From NCBI RefSeq assembly GCF_030144855.1, contig NC_082730.1, positions 14,694,001 through 14,758,000 on the forward strand: DNA of 64,000 nt, read 5' to 3'. Positions 62,590 through 64,000 of the stretch are shown here, one piece after another. Position 1 is the first letter of the stretch, and each line of letters starts with the position of its first letter. A program made the translations under genes and the position numbers. The DNA is from Hypanus sabinus (Eukaryota). The notes below the pieces were generated by a model. It was not told the DNA's origin, searched no databases, and saw only the letters and a list, made by a program, of their open reading frames with translations.

Positions 62590-63880
62590 AGCCAGCATGG
62601 TTTCCTGAAAGGAAAATCCTGCTTGACAAACATACTGCAATTCTTTGAAGAAATTACAAGCAGACTAGACAAAGGAGATGCAGTAGACATGGTGTACTTG
62701 GATTTTCAGAAGGCCTTTGATAAGGTGCCACACATGAGGCTGCTTAGCAAGATAAGAGCCCATGGAATTACAGGGAAGTTACTAGCATGGGTGGAGTATT
62801 GTCTGGTTGGCAGAAAACAGAGTGAGAATAAAGAGATTCTATTCTGCTGGTTACCAGTGGAGTTCCACAGGGGTTGTTGTTGGGACTACTGCTCTTTACG
62901 ATGTAGGTTAATGATTTTGACTATGGTATTAATGGATTTGTGGCTAAATTTGCTGATGGTATGCAGATAGGTGGAGGAGCGAGCAGTGTTGAGGAGGCAG
63001 AGAGACTTAGATAGCTTAGGGGAATGGGCAAATAAGTGGAAAATGAAATACAACGTTGGAAAGTGTATGAACATCCACTTTGGTGAAAGAAATAAACAGG
63101 CAGACTATTATTGAGATGGGGAGAGAATTCAAAATGCAGAGATGCAAAGGGATTTGGGAGTTCTTGTGCAGGATACCCTAAAGTTTAACCTCCAGGTTGA
63201 GTCATTTGTGAAGAAGGCAAATGCAATGTTGGCATTCATTTCTAGAGGTATAGAATATAAAAAAGCAGGGATGTGATGTTGAGGCTCTATAAGGCACTCG
63301 TGAGACCACACGGAGTATTGTGTGCAGTTTTAGGCTCTTTATTTTAGAAAGGATATACTGATATTGGAGAGGGTTCAGAGAAGATTCACGAGAATGATTC
63401 CAGGAATGAAAAGGTTACAGTATGAGGAACGTCTGGCAGCTCTTGGGCTGTATTCCCTGGAGTTCAGGAGAATGAGAGGGAACCTCATGAAAACATTCCG
63501 AAGATTAGATAGGCTAGACAGATTAGATATGGCAAAGTTATTTTCCCATGATAGGGGATTCTAGGATAAGAGGGCATGACTTCAGGATTGAAGGATGTCC
63601 TTTTAGAACTGAAATGTGGAGAAGTTGCTTTAATCAGAGGATGGTAAATCTGGAACTTGTTGCTCTGAACAGCTCTGGAGGCCAAGTCACTGGGTGTATT
63701 TAAGACAGAGATTGATAGATTATTGATTAGTCAGGGCATCAAAGGGCATGGGGACAACAAGGGAAGTGGGGATAACTGGAAGAATTGGATCAGCCCATGA
63801 TTGAATGGCAGAGCAGACTCGATGGGCTGAATGGCCTACTTCTGCTCCTATATCTCAGGGTCTTATGGTTCAAATCATTT
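62590..63880 (+). mobile_element. CR1 RT/3' fragment flanked by opposite-strand CR1 tails
   Basis: LTNILQFFEEIT...VDMVYLDFQKAFDKVPH; ERVQRRFTRMIPG. Confidence 0.85.
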
Positions 63881-64000
63881 CTCCTGCCTTCTCTCTGTAT
63901 CCTTTGATGCCCTTACTAATGAATAACCAATGAACTTCTGTTTTAAATATATCCAATGATTTGGCCTCCACAACTGCCTGTGGCAATGAATTCCACTGAT

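Noticed and set aside
1-64000. Most ORFs in the supplied track as independent genes; CRISPR, rRNA or tRNA genes
   Set aside because: They are TE fragments, antisense frames of Ig exons, or chance ORFs. tRNA-like boxes belong to SINEs. No repeat-spacer arrays are present.

Overview
Eukaryotic, repeat-rich DNA. The repeat landscape (CR1, Rex/Babar, Penelope, Tx1, R4/Dong, L2/Crack, Tc1, tRNA-SINEs) suggests a cartilaginous fish, probably a ray; this is inference. The window holds part of a minus-strand tandem cluster of Ig-superfamily immune-type receptor genes. These combine a CD300/pIgR/TREM-like 4-cysteine V domain with an FcRL-like C2 domain, resembling the skate modular domain immune-type receptors (MDIRs). 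I reconstructed by hand a phase-consistent 5-exon 3' part of an inhibitory receptor: C2 61655-61975, stalk 55715-55793, TM 54943-55034, cytoplasmic 51048-51094, and a triple-ITIM terminal exon 49016-49231. Its V exon and leader are presumably beyond 64000. Downstream are three V-C2 units with intact exons (V 20793-21107/C2 17784-18104; V 11387-11701/C2 10122-10442; V 5551-5865/C2 3871-4182). In each, the apparent next exon hits a stop codon, so they are either soluble forms or young pseudogenes. There is also one V pseudo-exon (38538-38852). Notable extras: a 180-bp ungapped inverted repeat brackets the stalk and TM exons, whose joint skipping keeps the frame; an inverted, Tyr-mutated copy of the ITIM exon lies in an intron; and Penelope elements carry minimal hammerhead-ribozyme motifs. 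No leader exons were identified. TE coordinates are approximate. No CRISPR, rRNA or true tRNA genes were found.
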